Shown here in pieces: positions 17,537 to 29,900 of a stretch of DNA of 64,000 bases. The notes beneath the pieces were generated by a model. It searched no databases, had not been told where the DNA came from, and saw nothing but the letters and a program-made list of their open reading frames with translations. Position numbers and translations under genes: made by a program. The DNA is from Deferrisomatales bacterium (lineage in GTDB: Bacteria; Desulfobacterota; Deferrisomatia; Deferrisomatales; JACRMM01), in contig JAWSUI010000003.1 in NCBI GenBank assembly GCA_033551855.1, positions 44,092-108,091 of the forward strand, written 5' to 3'. Within the stretch, counting starts at the first letter, position 1; each line of letters opens with the position of its first letter.

Positions 17537-19392
17537 CGCCTCCCAGGCTCCCCGCCCCTGTGCACCTGCGCCGGCGGTTCCTCTGGTGCGTGGTGTTGGT
17601 CCTCGCGGCCTTCTCGGTCCTGTGCCTGCGCCTGGTCTACCTGCAGGTGCTCGAGGGTTCGCGGTACCGCCATCTGAGCGAGAACAACCGCATCCGCATC
17701 GAACGGCTGCCAGCCCCCCGCGGCATCATCTTGGACCGCACCGGCGAAGTTCTGGCCGAGGTGCGCGCGACCTTCGATGCCCTCGTCATCCCCGCCGAAA
17801 TGCCGCTGGGGGAGAGGGCGCGGGTGTATCGTGAGCTGGAAGCGACTCTGGGGCTCGATGGAGAAGCAGTGGCCCAGGCCGTGGAGGGTCCGGGCCCTCC
17901 CCGCTGGAAGCCCCGCATCCTCAAGCGTCACCTCACGCGCCCGGAGATGGCCCGGCTCGAGGCCCGCAGGCTGGAGCTCCCGGGAGTGGTCGTCCAGGCC
18001 ACCCCGGTGCGGTTCTACCCCTTCGGCGACCTCCTGGGCTCCACCCTGGGGTACGTGGGAGAGATCTCCGCGGAGGAGCTGCGGCAGCCCGCCTACGCCG
18101 ACTACGAGCCCGGGGACGCCCTCGGCAGGACGGGGCTGGAACGGGCGTGGGAAGGGGAGCTGCGGGGCGAAGCGGGCGGCCAGCAGGTGGAGGTCGACGT
18201 CCGGGGACGCAGGCTTCAGGTGCTGGCCGAACGTCACGCTCGGCCGGGTCACACGGTGACTCTCACGATCGACCGCCGCCTCCAGCAGGCGGCCCTGGAC
18301 GCCCTGGGGGAGGAGTCCGGTGCGGTTGCCGTGGTGGGGGTGCGCACAGGGGACGTCCTCGCCCTGGCGTCGAGGCCGGGTTTCGACCCCAACGCGCTCG
18401 CCAAGGGGGTCACCGCCGCCGAGTGGGCTGCGCTCTCCAGCGATCCCCTCCACCCCCTCCAGAACCGGGCCATCCAGGGCCTGTACCCCCCTGCAAGCAC
18501 CTTCAAGATCGTAACTGCCCTCGCGGGGCTCGCCGAGGGGGTGATCACGCCCCAGACGCGGGTGTTCTGCTCGGGGAGCTACACCTTCGCCGGTCGCCCC
18601 TACCGATGCTGGAAGAGGACGGGGCACGGGTCCATGGATCTTCGCGCGGCGATGATCCAATCCTGCGACGTGTACTTCTACCAGCTCGGGCTGGATCTCG
18701 GCATCGACGCCATCGAGCGCCACTCCCTCGCTCTGGGCCTCGGGCGGCCGACGGGCCTGGACATCCCCTCGGAGAAGGGCGGGCTCGTCCCGTCGAGGGA
18801 GTGGAAGCGCAGGGCCCGGCGAGAGCCCTGGTACACAGGGGAGACTCTCTCGGTAGCCATCGGGCAGGGCTACCTGCTCACCACGCCCCTCCAACTCGCT
18901 TCCATGATGGCCGGCCTCGCACACCCCGAAGGGGTTCGGATGAGGTCGCGCATCGTCACGGGCACCGAAGACGCCCAGGGGCGCCCCCTCCAGGAGGTGC
19001 CGAGCCGGGAGATCGGGCGGCTCGGGTACCGCCGTGCACACCTCGATCTCATCAGGGACAGCCTGCGGGGTGTGGTCGCGTCGGAGCGCGGCACCGGGCG
19101 CCGCGCAGAGGTGGCGGGGTTCCCGGTGGCAGGGAAGACCGGCACGGCCCAAGTGGTGAAGCTCCCGGCAGAGGCGGCGCTTCCCCAGGACAGCATCCCC
19201 CGGGAACACCGGGACCACGCGTGGTTCGTGTGCTACGCCCCTGTCGACGACCCGGAGATCGCGGTCGCCGTCCTCGTGGAACACGCGGGGCAGGGGGGCG
19301 GCGCCGTGGCGGCCCCCGTAGCACGAAAGGTCGTGGAGGCGTACCGGTCCCTACGGGGAGGGGCCGTGACCCTGGGGGAGGCCGGACGGTGA
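17533..19392 (+). CDS. mrdA: penicillin-binding protein 2 (elongasome transpeptidase)
   Basis: SxxK (ASTFK) and KTGTA motifs. N-terminal TM anchor. GTG start in a GTGA overlap with the mreD stop. Confidence 0.92.
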   Translation: MTPPRLPAPVHLRRRFLWCVVLVLAAFSVLCLRLVYLQVLEGSRYRHLSENNRIRIERLPAPRGIILDRTGEVLAEVRATFDALVIPAEMPLGERARVYRELEATLGLDGEAVAQAVEGPGPPRWKPRILKRHLTRPEMARLEARRLELPGVVVQATPVRFYPFGDLLGSTLGYVGEISAEELRQPAYADYEPGDALGRTGLERAWEGELRGEAGGQQVEVDVRGRRLQVLAERHARPGHTVTLTIDRRLQQAALDALGEESGAVAVVGVRTGDVLALASRPGFDPNALAKGVTAAEWAALSSDPLHPLQNRAIQGLYPPASTFKIVTALAGLAEGVITPQTRVFCSGSYTFAGRPYRCWKRTGHGSMDLRAAMIQSCDVYFYQLGLDLGIDAIERHSLALGLGRPTGLDIPSEKGGLVPSREWKRRARREPWYTGETLSVAIGQGYLLTTPLQLASMMAGLAHPEGVRMRSRIVTGTEDAQGRPLQEVPSREIGRLGYRRAHLDLIRDSLRGVVASERGTGRRAEVAGFPVAGKTGTAQVVKLPAEAALPQDSIPREHRDHAWFVCYAPVDDPEIAVAVLVEHAGQGGGAVAAPVARKVVEAYRSLRGGAVTLGEAGR

Positions 19393-20492
19393 GCCGACGC
19401 ACCTGGACCGCCCAAATCGACTACGGGCTCCTCGCCCTGGTGCTCCTCCTCTCCGCCATGGGCCTGGTGGTGCTCTGGAGCGCCGGGCACGGCCCCGAAG
19501 GCGAGGTGGCAGGGTACGCAGCCCGCCAAGTGGGCTGGATGGCAGTGGGGATCGCCGCGATGCTGGCAGCCCTGGCGGTCGATTACCGCCACCTGGAGCG
19601 CTGGGCCGCGCACATCTACCTGATCCATCTGGCACTCCTGGTAGCGGTACTGCTCACCGGGCAGGCCAGCATGGGGGCGCAGCGGTGGCTCCCCGTCGGC
19701 CCGCTGCGCTTTCAGCCCTCGGAATTCATGAAGGTCGCGATGGCGGTGATGGCGGCCCAGCTGCTCTCCCGGGAGGCGGGGGCGCCCCCCCACGGCCTCC
19801 GGCAGCTCTGGAAACCTGCCCTGGCCACGGCCCTGCCGACGGGTCTCATCCTGATCCAGCCGGATCTCGGCACCGCCCTGCTGGTCGGGGCCGTAGGGGC
19901 CGGCGTGATCCTGTTTCAGGGGCTTCGACGGCGCATCCTTGCGAGCCTCGGCATTGCGGTCCTGGCCCTGGCGCCGGTGGCATGGGGCCTGCTGCACGAC
20001 TACCAGCGCGCGCGGATCCTCACCTTCTTGAACCCCGAGCGCGACCCCCTGGGGGCCGGGTACCACATCATCCAATCGAAGATCGCGGTTGGCTCCGGCC
20101 AACTGCTGGGCAAGGGGTTCCTGCAGGGGACCCAGGTCCGCCTGCAGTTCCTCCCCGAGCGCCACACGGATTTCATCTTCTCGGTCCTGGCGGAGGAGTG
20201 GGGCCTGGTGGGCTGTGCGACGGTGCTCTTCGTCTACGCGCTCCTCCTCCTCTGGGGGATCGACATCGCCGCCAAGGCCCGGGACCCTTTCGGGCGCTTG
20301 CTGGCCATCGGCGTCACGAGCATCCTCTTCTTCCACGTGGCCGTGAACGTCGGGATGGTGAGCGGCATGCTCCCCGTCGTGGGGGTGCCGTTGCCCCTCT
20401 TCTCTTACGGGGGCTCCTCCGTCCTGACCACCTATGTGATCATCGGAATCCTGCTCAGCATCCGGGCCCGCCGCTTTTCCCGAGGCCTTTAG
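19389..20492 (+). CDS. rodA: SEDS-family peptidoglycan polymerase RodA
   Basis: Ten hydrophobic segments and the FQPSEFMK motif. GTG start in a GTGA overlap with the mrdA stop. Confidence 0.92.
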   Translation: MSRRTWTAQIDYGLLALVLLLSAMGLVVLWSAGHGPEGEVAGYAARQVGWMAVGIAAMLAALAVDYRHLERWAAHIYLIHLALLVAVLLTGQASMGAQRWLPVGPLRFQPSEFMKVAMAVMAAQLLSREAGAPPHGLRQLWKPALATALPTGLILIQPDLGTALLVGAVGAGVILFQGLRRRILASLGIAVLALAPVAWGLLHDYQRARILTFLNPERDPLGAGYHIIQSKIAVGSGQLLGKGFLQGTQVRLQFLPERHTDFIFSVLAEEWGLVGCATVLFVYALLLLWGIDIAAKARDPFGRLLAIGVTSILFFHVAVNVGMVSGMLPVVGVPLPLFSYGGSSVLTTYVIIGILLSIRARRFSRGL

Positions 20493-20511
20493 TTTCTTCG
20501 GGGAGAAACCG

Positions 20512-21138
20512 ATGAAGAACCCCATGATCCGACAAGACGCAGACACCTTCGTGGCCCTGGGCCAAGCCGTCTCCCTGGCCACCCTGGAGGGAGCCCTGGG
20601 GCGCGGCGATACGCGGGAACTGAACGCAGCGCTGGTGGCCGGTATCCTGAGCGGGTGCATGGAGCTCGACACCTATGCCCGGGTCCACGATGCCCTCGCC
20701 CGTCTGCTGGAGCGAACCTTTGCCGAACCCCCCGGGGCCCGCAGCGACATCCGAGCCGGGGAGGGTGCTGTCCAGGACGGCGACGACCGCCTGGGCGTCT
20801 ATCTGGAAGTGGTTGGCGACGCCTGGGAGAAGGTCTCCTGGGAAGGGGAGGCGTGCGGGCGCCTAAAGGAATTCGTGGAGCGCGCGTTCGACCTCTCCCG
20901 GGCCCGCTTCGGCGAAGGAGCCTGGTTTCGGGCGCCCCTGCGTGGCACGGTCGAGAGCGTATCCCGCGAGGCCCGCGCCGCAGGCCTTCTCGTGGTGTCG
21001 GTCCAGGGGACCCCGCCGACAGGGGAGCTCGAAGCGACCCTGGAGACGGCCGACGCCCCCGCAGGCCCGGCCCGGGTAGTCCTGGGCTGGGGCGATCGCC
21101 GCACCGCCCTCGACCTCCACTCCTGCGCCACCGCCTGA
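20512..21138 (+). CDS. hypothetical protein (208 aa), apparently the last gene of the elongasome operon
   Basis: GGGGAG lies 6 nt before the ATG, 20 nt after the rodA stop. No TM segment and no motif I recognise. Confidence 0.6.
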   Translation: MKNPMIRQDADTFVALGQAVSLATLEGALGRGDTRELNAALVAGILSGCMELDTYARVHDALARLLERTFAEPPGARSDIRAGEGAVQDGDDRLGVYLEVVGDAWEKVSWEGEACGRLKEFVERAFDLSRARFGEGAWFRAPLRGTVESVSREARAAGLLVVSVQGTPPTGELEATLETADAPAGPARVVLGWGDRRTALDLHSCATA

Positions 21139-21399
21139 GAACGGGAACCCCTCGCAGAGACTCCGCGGGTCGCGAGCAGCCTTCGGCTACGGGTGATCGC
21201 ACCCGCCCCTCCCGCACCAGACAGCCTGGTCTTCGCCGCGAACCGGCGCATGCGGGCCCTTTCGCGCCGGCGGTCGGGCTCGGGGGCGACCTCCGGAAGC
21301 GCCCCCGTCCGCAAGCTCGGGGGCTTCCGGACGGAGGAGTCCTCGGAAGCGGGGCGCGGGCGCTTCCCGGGTTCAGGCCGCGGGTGGTACAGTGCCGGC

Positions 21400-22767
21400 A
21401 TGACCAAGATCCGGCGCATGTTCGAGTGCCAGAACTGCGGCGCCCAGTCTCCCAAGTGGCTGGGCCGGTGCACGGACTGCGGGGGGTGGGGCACCCTCAC
21501 CGAAGGTCCGCCGGCACAACCCCCGGCGGGCCGGAGGCCCTTTGCCGGGCTGGCAAGCTCGGGCGGGCCGGTACCCCTGGCGGAAGTGACGGTCGAAGGT
21601 GAAGACCGCTCGCCCACCGGTGTCCCGGAATTCGATCGGGTGCTCGGGGGAGGGCTCGTTCCCGGGTCGGCGATTCTGGTAGGCGGAGACCCGGGCATCG
21701 GCAAGTCCACCCTCCTTCTTCAAGTGCTCCAAGCCCTTTCTCGGTCCCAGGGAAAGACCCTCTACATCTCGGGGGAGGAATCGGTCCGCCAGATCCGGAT
21801 GCGCGCGGACCGGCTGGGCGGCCCGGAGAGCGACCTCCTGGTCTTGGCCGAAACGGACGTCGGGAGGATTCTAGACGCCCTGGAGGCCGCCCGACCCGTC
21901 GCCGCCGTGGTGGACAGCGTCCAGACCCTGTTTTCCGCGGAGATCGGGAGTGCACCCGGAACGGTCAGCCAGGTTCGCGAAGTCTCGGGCCGGTTGGTGG
22001 TCCACGCGAAGACCCTGGGCATGCCCGTGTTCCTCGTGGGGCACGTCACGAAGGACGGCTCCCTCGCCGGTCCCCGGGTGCTCGAGCACATGGTCGACAC
22101 CGTGCTGTACTTCGAGGGAGACCGTGGTCACCCCTATCGGATCCTCCGGGCCGTGAAGAACCGCTTCGGCTCCACCAACGAAGTGGGCGTGTTCGAGATG
22201 GCCGATCGAGGGCTGTCCGGAGTGGAGAACCCTTCGGCGCTCTTCCTCTCCGAACGCCCCGTCGGGGCCCCGGGTTCCGCTGTGGTGCCCGCCCTGGAAG
22301 GGACGCGGACCCTCCTGGCGGAGGTGCAGGCCCTCGTGAGTCCGTGCGCACACGGCAGCCCCCAGCGGACGACCTGGGGGGTCGAGCGCACCCGCGTGCA
22401 GATCCTCTCCGCCCTGCTGGAACGGAGGCTCGGGGTGCCGCTCCTCAGCCACGATATCTTCGTGAAGGTATCCGGAGGGTTCGACATCTCGGAACCCGCG
22501 GCCGACCTAGCCGTAGTGGCGGCGTTGGTCTCGGCGGCGAGAGACCGCCCCCTGCCGGAGAAAGCGGTCTTCTTCGGCGAAGTGGGTCTCGCCGGCGAGG
22601 TGCGGGGCGTGTCCCGGCCCGAGGCGCGTCTGGCCGAGGCGGCACGGCTGGGCTTCCATACAGCCTTCGGTCCCCGTGGAGCGGCAACCCCCAAGCGCGC
22701 CGGGGGCAACATCGCGTTCCACCCGCTGGGGCGGCTCGCCGACCTCCTGGAGGCAATCACGCGCTGA
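21400..22767 (+). CDS. radA: DNA repair protein RadA/Sms
   Basis: C4 zinc finger (CQNCGAQSPKWLGRCTDCGGW), Walker A GDPGIGKST, the KNRFG motif and a Lon-like C-terminus. Confidence 0.95.
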   Translation: MTKIRRMFECQNCGAQSPKWLGRCTDCGGWGTLTEGPPAQPPAGRRPFAGLASSGGPVPLAEVTVEGEDRSPTGVPEFDRVLGGGLVPGSAILVGGDPGIGKSTLLLQVLQALSRSQGKTLYISGEESVRQIRMRADRLGGPESDLLVLAETDVGRILDALEAARPVAAVVDSVQTLFSAEIGSAPGTVSQVREVSGRLVVHAKTLGMPVFLVGHVTKDGSLAGPRVLEHMVDTVLYFEGDRGHPYRILRAVKNRFGSTNEVGVFEMADRGLSGVENPSALFLSERPVGAPGSAVVPALEGTRTLLAEVQALVSPCAHGSPQRTTWGVERTRVQILSALLERRLGVPLLSHDIFVKVSGGFDISEPAADLAVVAALVSAARDRPLPEKAVFFGEVGLAGEVRGVSRPEARLAEAARLGFHTAFGPRGAATPKRAGGNIAFHPLGRLADLLEAITR

Positions 22768-22817
22768 GGCAGCGCCTAGCCTTCACCCCCCCGGGCTCCC
22801 CCACCGATATCGGCGGC

Positions 22818-23228
22818 TCAGCCGCGCCCCTTCTCCTGGACGAGCTCCGTCAGCACCCCGCCGGAGGACTTGGGATGCACGAAGGCGATGGAGGTGTTGT
22901 GGGCTCCCGTGCGAGGCTTCTCGTCCACCATCCTCACCCCGGCGCCCATGAGGCGCTCGACCTCGGCGGCCGTGTCGTCGACCTCATAGGCGATGTGGTG
23001 GAACCCGGGCCCGTTCTTTTCCAGGAACTTGGCCACCGGGGACTCGGGGCTCGTGGGCTGGACGAGCTCCAGGCGAACCTCGCCGATGGGCAGGAACGCC
23101 ACCTTGACCTTCTGGTCCGCCACCTCCTCGATCCCCCCGAGGGTGAGCCCCAGGTGCTCGGTGTAGAAGCGGGCGGCCGCGTCGATGTCCGGGACAGCGA
23201 TGCCGATGTGGTTGATCTTGCTGGGCAT
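22818..23228 (-). CDS. mce: methylmalonyl-CoA epimerase (VOC/glyoxalase fold)
   Basis: 136 aa. INHIGIAV...GFHHIAYEV metal-ligand pattern. Adjacent to the mutase genes. Confidence 0.88.
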   Translation of the reverse strand: MPSKINHIGIAVPDIDAAARFYTEHLGLTLGGIEEVADQKVKVAFLPIGEVRLELVQPTSPESPVAKFLEKNGPGFHHIAYEVDDTAAEVERLMGAGVRMVDEKPRTGAHNTSIAFVHPKSSGGVLTELVQEKGRG

Positions 23229-23291
23229 GGGCAGTTCCTCCTTGCTGCTCCCTGGGCCCGCCCGGGGGGCGGACGGCGCACTGCGGGCGTT

Positions 23292-23687
23292 CTACCCGAG
23301 GCGTTCCCGGATGAAATCCACCACCGCGGTGGTATCGGTGCCGGGCAAGAAGATCTCGGCAAACCCTACGTCCTTGAGGGACGGGATGTCCTCCATCGGG
23401 ATGATCCCCCCCCCGAAGAGCAGAAGCTCTGCTTTCCCCTTGCGGCTCAGCCCTTCCGCCACCCGCGGAAACAGAACCATGTGCGCCCCGGAGAGGCACG
23501 ACAACCCCACCACATCCACGTCTTCTTGGACGGCGGCAGCCACGATCTTCTCCGGCGTCTGGCGAATCCCTGTGTAGATGACTTCCATCCCGGCATCCCG
23601 CAGGGCCCTGGCCACGACTTTGGCTCCCCGGTCGTGTCCGTCGAGACCCGGCTTGGCGATCAGGACGCGGATCTTTTTCTGAGCCAT
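23292..23687 (-). CDS. methylmalonyl-CoA mutase, small B12-binding subunit
   Basis: DxHxxG cobalamin-binding motif ([12 protein letters not shown]). 131 aa. Confidence 0.9.
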   Translation of the reverse strand: MAQKKIRVLIAKPGLDGHDRGAKVVARALRDAGMEVIYTGIRQTPEKIVAAAVQEDVDVVGLSCLSGAHMVLFPRVAEGLSRKGKAELLLFGGGIIPMEDIPSLKDVGFAEIFLPGTDTTAVVDFIRERLG

Positions 23688-23742
23688 CGTGACTTCCTCC
23701 CTGGCCCTCAGATGGGACCTTTCGAACCCGTGACGCTGGCGC

Positions 23743-25404
<1,662 letters not shown>

Positions 25405-25437
25405 GGGTCGTCTCCTTCCGGTTGCCGGCGTCGCGGC

Positions 25438-25884
25438 TCACCCGCCGATGGTCATCAGCACTTCCCCCACCCCCACGTCCTGGCCCTTGGCGACCTTGAC
25501 CTCGGAGACGGTCCCGGCCACGTGGGCCTTGATCTCGTTCTCCATCTTCATCGCTTCCATCACCAGCACGGTGTCGCCGACCTCGACCGCGTCGCCCACC
25601 TTGACCGCCACGCTCAGAATGTGGCCCGGCATCGGGGCGGTGATCACCTCTCCCGCCCCCAAGACGGGAGCGGCGGGTGCCGCGGGCGCGGCGATGGGGG
25701 CGCGGGGCGGCGGGGCTGCCGGAGCGGGGGTCGCCGCGGGGGTCGGGGTCGGGGCCGCACCCCCTGCGGGAATCTCCACCTCGTAGGGCACGCCGTTTAC
25801 GGTGACGCTGGCGCCGGTGCCGGAGATCCGGCCGATCTCCACCCGGTACGGATTGCCGTTGATGACCAAATCGTAGCGGCTCAT
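25438..25884 (-). CDS. stand-alone biotin carboxyl carrier protein (1.3S-like)
   Basis: Ala/Pro linker followed by a biotinyl domain with EAMKMENEI. Confidence 0.88.
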   Translation of the reverse strand: MSRYDLVINGNPYRVEIGRISGTGASVTVNGVPYEVEIPAGGAAPTPTPAATPAPAAPPPRAPIAAPAAPAAPVLGAGEVITAPMPGHILSVAVKVGDAVEVGDTVLVMEAMKMENEIKAHVAGTVSEVKVAKGQDVGVGEVLMTIGG

Positions 25885-25941
25885 GCGCGTCGGCTCCTTC
25901 TGGTGTCGGCTCGCGTGGTCCCGGGCCGGAGCCCGGCTCGC

Positions 25942-27492
25942 TCACAGCGGGATGTTTCCGTGCTTTCGCGGCGGATTCGAGTCGCGCTTGTTCCGGCATG
26001 CCTCCAGGGCCTGGATCACGCGGATGCGCGTGTCCTCCGGAAGGATGACCTCGTCCACGTAGCCGAGCTCGGCCGCCTGGTAGGGGTTGGCGAACCGCTC
26101 CGTGTACTCCTCGATCTTCTGCACCCGCGCCGCCTTGGGGTCTTCGGACTTGTCGATCTCTTTGCGGAAGATGATGTCCACCGCCCCCTGGGGGCCCATC
26201 ACCGCGATCTCGGCGGTGGGGTATGCCAGGTTCACGTCGCCGCGCAGGTGTTTGGAGCTCATCACGCAGTAGGCGCCACCGTAGGCCTTCCGGGTGATCA
26301 CGGTGATCTTGGGGACCGTGGCCTCCGAGTATGCGTAGATCAGCTTGGCCCCGTGCTTGATGATACCCCGGTATTCCTGGTCGGTGCCCGGAAGGTAGCC
26401 CGGTACGTCCTCCAGGGTGACGATGGGAACGTTGAAGGCGTCGCAGAACCGGACGAACCGAGCGCCCTTCATGGACGCGTCGCAGTCGAGGCAGCCGGCC
26501 AGGTGGTTCGGCTGGTTGGCGACGATGCCGACCACCGCCCCCCCCATCCGGGCGAAACCGACCACGATATTGGGCGCGTAGTGCTGGTGCACCTCGAAGA
26601 AGTCCCCGTGGTCCGCCATGGCTCGGATGATGTCCTTGATGTCGTAGCCCTTGTTCGGATTGTCCGGGACCGTTTGGTTGATCTCCGGGAGCTTGCGGTC
26701 CACCGGGTCGTCACAGGGGACCGCCGGGGGGTCCTCCAGGTTGTTGGAGGGGAGGAAGGACAGGAGCCGCTGGATCTGGGCGAGGCAGTCCCGGTCGTCC
26801 GTCGCCATGAAGTGGGCGACGCCGGACTTCTGGTTGTGGGTGAGCGCTCCCCCCAGGGCATCCATGGTCACGTCCTCGTTCGTCACCGATTTGATCACCC
26901 GAGGCCCGGTGATGAACATGTGGCTCGTGCCGTCCACCATGAAGACGAAATCGGTGAGCGCCGGGCTGTACACCGCGCCCCCGGCACAGGTGCCCACGAT
27001 CGCCGAGATCTGTGGGACCACCCCGGAGCTCATCACGTTGCGGTGGAAGATGTTGGCGTATCCGGCGAGACTCTGGACGCCCTCCTGGATGCGGGCCCCC
27101 CCGGAGTCGTTCAGGCCGACCACGGGCGCCCCGTTCTTCAGGGCCATATCCATGATCTTGCAGATCTTGTTCGACATGGTCAGGGACAGGCTTCCGCCGA
27201 ACACGGTGAAGTCCTGGGCGTACGCGTACGTGAGCCGCCCGTCGACCTTGCCGTAGCCGGTGACGATGCCGTCGCCCGGGAACTTGGTCGCCTCCATCCC
27301 GAAGTTCGTGCACTGATGGGTCACGAGCTTGTCGACCTCGACAAAGGTGCCCGGGTCGAAGAGCGCCTCGAGGCGTTCCCTCGCCGTGAGCTTCCCCTGC
27401 TCGTGATGCTTGGCAACGCGCTCGGCGCCTCCGCCCGCTTCGGCCTCCCGGTTCTTCCCGGCGAGGAGCTCGAACTTCTTCTCCAGGCTCAT
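25942..27492 (-). CDS. methylmalonyl-CoA carboxyltransferase 12S / propionyl-CoA carboxylase beta family
   Basis: Full-length carboxyltransferase similarity. ATG at 27492 is preceded by AAGGAGGA. Confidence 0.93.
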   Translation of the reverse strand: MSLEKKFELLAGKNREAEAGGGAERVAKHHEQGKLTARERLEALFDPGTFVEVDKLVTHQCTNFGMEATKFPGDGIVTGYGKVDGRLTYAYAQDFTVFGGSLSLTMSNKICKIMDMALKNGAPVVGLNDSGGARIQEGVQSLAGYANIFHRNVMSSGVVPQISAIVGTCAGGAVYSPALTDFVFMVDGTSHMFITGPRVIKSVTNEDVTMDALGGALTHNQKSGVAHFMATDDRDCLAQIQRLLSFLPSNNLEDPPAVPCDDPVDRKLPEINQTVPDNPNKGYDIKDIIRAMADHGDFFEVHQHYAPNIVVGFARMGGAVVGIVANQPNHLAGCLDCDASMKGARFVRFCDAFNVPIVTLEDVPGYLPGTDQEYRGIIKHGAKLIYAYSEATVPKITVITRKAYGGAYCVMSSKHLRGDVNLAYPTAEIAVMGPQGAVDIIFRKEIDKSEDPKAARVQKIEEYTERFANPYQAAELGYVDEVILPEDTRIRVIQALEACRNKRDSNPPRKHGNIPL

Positions 27493-27607
27493 CCGATTCC
27501 TCCTTAACACAGACGTTACCCGTTCGAGAGGCCGCGCTCCCTGTGGAACGACGCCTTGGGCGCGGGTCTTGCGGGGCTCCGGAAACCTCCCTGCCTGCTC
27601 CCTTCCC

Positions 27608-29572
27608 CTACCCCAAGGTCAGGAGCAGGGCGTCCTTGGTCACATTGTCGCCCTTCTGGAAGCACACCTGCTGGACCACCCCGTCCACCGGCGCCTCGAG
27701 GCCGTTCTCCATCTTCATGGCCTCCAGTACCACCACCACGTCACCGGCCTTGACGGGATCCCCCGCCTTGACCAGGATGTCCACGATCATCCCCGGCATG
27801 GGGGCGGTCACCTGCCCCTTGGCTCCCACCGCCGGTGCCGGCGGGGGCGCCGCTGCGGGCGCCTGGGCAGGGGGAGCCTCCGCCCGGGGTGCCGGGCCGG
27901 CGGGGGCGGGACGAGCGACCGGGGCAGGGGCCGCGGCGACGGGAGTCGCGGACGTCACGACCGGCTCTCCACCCAGGCCCTCCACCGCCACCTCGAAGTA
28001 CTCGCCGTCCACGAACACGTTGAAGGTCCGGGCAGCCGGGCCAACGACAGGGACCTTCTTGACGGGTTTCTCCACGAGCTCGCCGGCGAGGGCCTTGCGG
28101 CACAGGTCCTGCTCCCTCTTCCAGTCCTCCGCCGTCCGGGGCTTCCACTCCGGCGGCGGGGGCTCCTTTCCGGCTCGCACCGCCAGGAACCGCTTCCCGG
28201 TCGTGGGGAACATGTTGTAGAGGAGCAGGTCGGCCCGGGATCTCGCCAGGTCGCCGATCTCCGCCCTGGCCTTCTCGAGCTCGGGTTCGAGGACGTCTGC
28301 GGGCCGGCAGGTGATCGGCTCCTCGCCTCGAGGGTATCCCTTCAGGGCAAGCTTCTGGAGCTCACGGCTGATCGGTCGTGGGGGCTGCCCATACAACCCG
28401 TAGCAGTAATCCTTGACCTGACCGGAGATCATCTTGTACCGCTCGGCGATGGTCCCCCCCGGCTTGCCCATGAGGACGTTCATGACCGCCTGGACGCCGA
28501 CGATCTGGCTGGTGGGGGTGACGAGGGGAGGAAAACCCAGGTCCTCCCGGACCCGGGGAAGCTCGGCGAAGACCTCGTTCAGGCGGTGCTCGGCGCCGGC
28601 TTCGCGAAGCTGGTTGACCAGGTTCGAGAGCATGCCTCCCGGGGTCTGGTGCATGAGCACCCCGATGTCCGCCACGGCAAGGCGCGTCGTGTCCAGCAAG
28701 TGGCGGTACTTCGGGGCGATGGATTCCAGGTACTCCGCCACCTCGTTCAGGACCTCCAAGTCGAAGCCCGTGTCCCGGTCGGTGCCCTGGAGCATCATGA
28801 CAATGGGCTCGATGGCCGGGTGGCTCGAGCGACCGGCAAAGGGCGCCGAGCAAGTGTCGAGAATGTCCACGCCGGCTTCGATCGCCCTCTGGAAGGCGTA
28901 CTCCGCGAGCCCGGACGTCGTGTGGCAGTGGAGCTCCACCGGCAGTTTCGTGGCCTTCTTGATCGCCTTGACGAGATCGTAGGCGTCATCCGGCGCGAGC
29001 AGGCCCGCCATGTCCTTGATGCAGATCGAGTGCGCTCCCATGGAGGCGAAGGTCTTGGCCTTGCCCACCCAGTAGTCCAGGTCGAAGATCTCCCCGCCCA
29101 TCTTCCGTCCCGTCACCGTGTAGGACAGAGCCGCCTGGAAGTGCATCCCGTTCGCGACGACGCGACGCGCCACGGTATCGAAATTCCGGGCGTCGTTGAG
29201 GGCGTCGAAGATGCGAAAGATGTCGATGCCGGCCTCGCAGGCCTCGTCCACGAAGGCATTGGCCATGTCGTCGGCGTAGTTTCGATAGCCGACGAGGTTC
29301 TGCCCCCGCAGCAGCATCTGGAACTTCACGTCCTTGGGGATGTACCGGCGCAGGCGCTTCGGCCGCTCCCAGGGATCCTCCCCCAGAAAGCGGTGCATGG
29401 TGTCGAACGTGGCCCCCCCCCAGACCTCCATGGCGTGGTAGCCGACCTTCCCCACGGTATCGAGGATGGCCTCGATGTCCTCGGTGCGCATCCGGGTCGC
29501 GAACAAGCTCTGGTGGCCATCTCGGAAGGTGAGATCGGTGATCTTCAGGGGCTGCTTCGACGACTTGCTCAT
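27608..29572 (-). CDS. oxaloacetate decarboxylase alpha / transcarboxylase 5S subunit with a fused C-terminal biotinyl domain
   Basis: HMGL-like TIM barrel ([10 protein letters not shown]-type [10 protein letters not shown]). C-terminal Ala/Pro linker plus EAMKMEN. Confidence 0.93.
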   Translation of the reverse strand: MSKSSKQPLKITDLTFRDGHQSLFATRMRTEDIEAILDTVGKVGYHAMEVWGGATFDTMHRFLGEDPWERPKRLRRYIPKDVKFQMLLRGQNLVGYRNYADDMANAFVDEACEAGIDIFRIFDALNDARNFDTVARRVVANGMHFQAALSYTVTGRKMGGEIFDLDYWVGKAKTFASMGAHSICIKDMAGLLAPDDAYDLVKAIKKATKLPVELHCHTTSGLAEYAFQRAIEAGVDILDTCSAPFAGRSSHPAIEPIVMMLQGTDRDTGFDLEVLNEVAEYLESIAPKYRHLLDTTRLAVADIGVLMHQTPGGMLSNLVNQLREAGAEHRLNEVFAELPRVREDLGFPPLVTPTSQIVGVQAVMNVLMGKPGGTIAERYKMISGQVKDYCYGLYGQPPRPISRELQKLALKGYPRGEEPITCRPADVLEPELEKARAEIGDLARSRADLLLYNMFPTTGKRFLAVRAGKEPPPPEWKPRTAEDWKREQDLCRKALAGELVEKPVKKVPVVGPAARTFNVFVDGEYFEVAVEGLGGEPVVTSATPVAAAPAPVARPAPAGPAPRAEAPPAQAPAAAPPPAPAVGAKGQVTAPMPGMIVDILVKAGDPVKAGDVVVVLEAMKMENGLEAPVDGVVQQVCFQKGDNVTKDALLLTLG

Positions 29573-29623
29573 GGCATGCTCCTTGTCCTCAAAAACCGCA
29601 GGCGGATACCGAACAGGAACCGG

Positions 29624-29830
29624 CTACCAGGATCTCGTCAGGCGCCGCTGCCACAGATCCCGCAAGGCCATGGACTCCTGCCGGCCGGCCAGGCCCCAGG
29701 ACGCAAAACCCGGAGGTGTGGTCGGGGCGGGCCGCCCAGGGGGCACCGCCGTTTCCGGCTGGGCTTCGGCGAGATACTGCAGGACGGCTGCCATCGCGGC
29801 AGCCACCTTCACGGCAGGGTGACTCCCCAT
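29624..29830 (-). CDS. putative small OadG/MmdD-like subunit (68 aa)
   Basis: GGGAGGAG RBS before the ATG at 29830. VAAAMAAVLQYL and WGLAGRQE segments recall small subunits of biotin decarboxylase/transcarboxylase operons. Confidence 0.45.
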   Translation of the reverse strand: MGSHPAVKVAAAMAAVLQYLAEAQPETAVPPGRPAPTTPPGFASWGLAGRQESMALRDLWQRRLTRSW

Positions 29831-29900
29831 GACTCCTCCCTTCCCGTCTCTGAATTCGCGCAACAGGCGCCCGGGTGAGCCGGGGCGGTGTCCGCCCCCC

